NCBI GenBank assembly: GCA_036867785.1
Contig: CP145410.1
Coordinates: 372,001 to 436,000 of the forward strand
Source of the DNA: Plasmodiophora brassicae
Lineage: Eukaryota
DNA: 64,000 bases
Direction: 5' to 3'
Position numbers and translations under genes: made by a program
The notes under the pieces: model-generated
Database searches by the model: none
What the model was told of the DNA's origin: nothing
The model's input: only the letters and a program-made list of their open reading frames with translations
Part shown: in pieces, positions 61,657 through 64,000 of the stretch
Numbering within the stretch: position 1 is the stretch's first letter
Layout of the letters: every line of letters begins with the position of its first letter

Positions 61657-62658
61657 ATGACAGCGGCCCACCTCCTTGTAGTCGCTCTCTACGTTATCGG
61701 CCATGTGGCGCTCGCTATGGACGTCGATCTGGAACGCAACACGCCGTTTGAGTCACTGGATGCTCGCGAGGCCGACCCGTTGCTGAAGCGATTGATGGTG
61801 GTCTTCAAGGACAGTCCCGGTACGAAAAACAGGACGCTATCGCCCTGCCATCATGCGGTCCTTGCCCAGCCAATGGCATGGGGGTTCGCCGCGATGGAAC
61901 GGCAGCAGGCAATCGTTGATAGCCTTTGGAACCTCGTGGCGCCTCGTGCTGCCAACGGCACGATTGGTACCATGATGCTCACAACCGTAACCAACCTCAT
62001 TGCTCTCGCGCCGTTCCTGGCATCCCTGCTCCCGTTCAGCTACGCCGCCGTGTACGCATACGCGTATACCCACAATTACGCGAGCACTGTCCCTGCCAAC
62101 GGTAATAGCAACAACGCCAACTGCACGCCATTCAACACTTCGAGAACGGGCGTACTTGTGGCGCTCATCGTCATGGCGTCGCATGCGGTCATCACGTTCG
62201 TCGCCAAGGTATTAGAGCCGGCGATCAACCAGATGTCAAATCCGGCATCACGCACGTCGGTCGCCAAATGGATCGGCGTGGTCGGCTGCATGATCATCAC
62301 AGTGTTCGGCGGGGCGGCACTGAAGTCCATCCTGAATGGGTCCGCGTCCGGTGTTGAGTTTCTGTCCGGGATCCTATACGCCCTGCCGATGGCGGTTATC
62401 AGCTACTCCAGCAACTTGGCAAGCGTGCAGGGCAAGACGAGCGTTGGCAGTGGGTCGCTTCGTGCGACAAGTGCTCTTATCGCTGGGATCAGCGCTGCGG
62501 CTTTGGCCGCCTATCAGGGGAATGACTCCGCCAAACAATTCGTCACTGGGGTGCTGATGGGGCTCGCAGACGCCGGTCAGTTCGTACCTGCCATTGGGCA
62601 GCCTATGTTGGGTGCACCCGCGTCGCCGATCTGTACACTGCACAACGCGGCACCATGA
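61657..62658 (+). CDS. Orphan intronless multi-pass membrane protein with signal peptide
   Basis: Hydrophobic leader MTAAHLLVVALYVIGHVALA, several TM-like segments, and N-X-S/T sequons. Confidence 0.7.
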   Translation: MTAAHLLVVALYVIGHVALAMDVDLERNTPFESLDAREADPLLKRLMVVFKDSPGTKNRTLSPCHHAVLAQPMAWGFAAMERQQAIVDSLWNLVAPRAANGTIGTMMLTTVTNLIALAPFLASLLPFSYAAVYAYAYTHNYASTVPANGNSNNANCTPFNTSRTGVLVALIVMASHAVITFVAKVLEPAINQMSNPASRTSVAKWIGVVGCMIITVFGGAALKSILNGSASGVEFLSGILYALPMAVISYSSNLASVQGKTSVGSGSLRATSALIAGISAAALAAYQGNDSAKQFVTGVLMGLADAGQFVPAIGQPMLGAPASPICTLHNAAP

Positions 62659-63570
62659 CAGCAGTCATTGCCGTCTGCGGTGCATTTCGGGTTGACGTAA
62701 TCGTGTTATAAATTTCGTTGGCGTTTGTAATAGTAACCGGCGCGAAGCATTAACAGCGGCTTGCCACGTTGATGATGATCGGTCATCATGGCAGCTGTTC
62801 CGGCACTCGCAGCCGTTGTCGCCTTGCCGTTCGCGCTCTAGTGAACGACGAGGCATGCTCTCAGACTGTGTAGCTGACACCTGCATGGGCACTGTCGATT
62901 CTACATACAGTCGGGTAGCGCAATGACCGTTCAGCCGTCGTCCTTTGACTTCTTCTACTAAAATGGTTATGGCGATCCCAAACGCATGAGGACCATGTAC
63001 ACAGTGCCGCTGCACCTGAGTGTGCTGCATGTCGACGACGCTGTCAACAGGCACGGTTGCGACGCTTCGACGATTCTTGTACGGACCGAGCCATGTGAGC
63101 AAGCCGCGATATGTCGAAGGCACGTTGACCACACGCTTCATCGTGACCATCGTCTGTACTAGGTAACGCGGGCACATGTTGTTGCTGCTGCTGTGCGACA
63201 GGAGTTTGCCGCTACCGGGTGAAGCAGCGGAAGGTGGCTGCCCCCAGAAACAACCGCAATCGCAGCAGCAAGTGCAGCCACAACCACAGCAGAGCTCTGT
63301 CTTGCAAGGACGGGGCGATGCGCCTATCATGCAAACGGAAGTGCAACCGGGGACCTGCTTCGTAGGCACCGCTTCCTCACCGAACATGGTCCCGCAGCGA
63401 TATGCGTGATTTGATCGCAGCAAATAGACCGTCTGTGATGCAAATCCAGAGGCGTTCGTTGACTTTGGGAATGTATTCATCAGAGTATTATCTGCAATGG
63501 ATTATTACAACGTTTGTCGTCTGTGGAAGTTGAACGTACCCTCCTGGCTGGACGGGGGCCCTGCATGCCC

Positions 63571-63873
63571 TTAGATGCCTTCTACAGCATTAGCATTTTT
63601 GATCTTGTTCGATCGATACAGTTTGAACAGACGTCGCTTCTGCTTGGCGCTGAGCTGTTCGGCCGGAATCTTCTTCAGGTCGAGCAGCGTCGGCGCCGGG
63701 TCCGTGAGCCCCCACAGCCAATCCGGATACGATTCCGGTGCCTTGGCCGCCTCCTTCCCCTCCATGATATTGCAGAAGTCCAGGTTCACAGGCTCTAGCG
63801 ATTCCGGCACGACCGCCAACGATCGACGCCCTCGCGACGCCACGACCCGCAGTACGGGCAGCGCCCTCATCAT
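63571..63873 (-). CDS. MRPL54: Mitochondrial ribosomal protein mL54 (MRPL54/L37)
   Basis: NIMEG...YPDWLWGL...KRRLFKLYR...IK.AN, plus an Arg-rich presequence. Confidence 0.85.
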   Translation of the reverse strand: MMRALPVLRVVASRGRRSLAVVPESLEPVNLDFCNIMEGKEAAKAPESYPDWLWGLTDPAPTLLDLKKIPAEQLSAKQKRRLFKLYRSNKIKNANAVEGI

Positions 63874-64000
63874 CGGCACGCAGTCCACCGCCGACCGCGG
63901 AAAACAGTGCAGACGGCCCCCGCGGCCCGTTGCCGTTGGCGTCTGCCCAATCCACACTCTGCACCAGGGCGCTGTGCCGAACACCTATGCGTACAAACGC

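Noticed and set aside
1-64000. Prokaryotic operon, CRISPR, rRNA or tRNA features
   Set aside because: The sequence is spliceosomal-intron-rich eukaryotic DNA, and none of these features was recognised by eye.

Overview
Gene-dense eukaryotic nuclear DNA, GC-rich, with very short (about 50-60 nt) GT-AG introns and short intergenic spacers. This organisation resembles a compact protist genome; a plasmodiophorid such as Plasmodiophora is my inference and is not verified. About 35 genes can be supported. Housekeeping genes: NAD kinase, ELP3, CENP-X, Pol kappa, GMAP-210-like golgin, mitochondrial IleRS, PHO84-type phosphate transporter, IPK1, DGK1-like kinase, GH38 mannosidase, SmG, TTC4/Cns1, Nup58-like and mL54. 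The standout is an intronless, plant-type PLS-PPR-E1-E2-DYW protein (13843-16206). It has intact deaminase zinc ligands, a shortened gating region and a mitochondrial-presequence-like N-terminus, making it a candidate organellar C-to-U RNA editing factor in a non-plant. Other notable features are a four-copy tandem family of PAS/PAC-like orphan proteins, a tandem array of intronless 7TM GPCR-like genes with a truncated copy, a zinc-ribbon/F-BAR/Munc13(PATROL1)-like fusion, and an 'inverted CYSTM'-like Cys-rich protein with a PY motif. All calls are by eye from motifs, with no database searches. Multi-exon genes are given start codon to stop codon.
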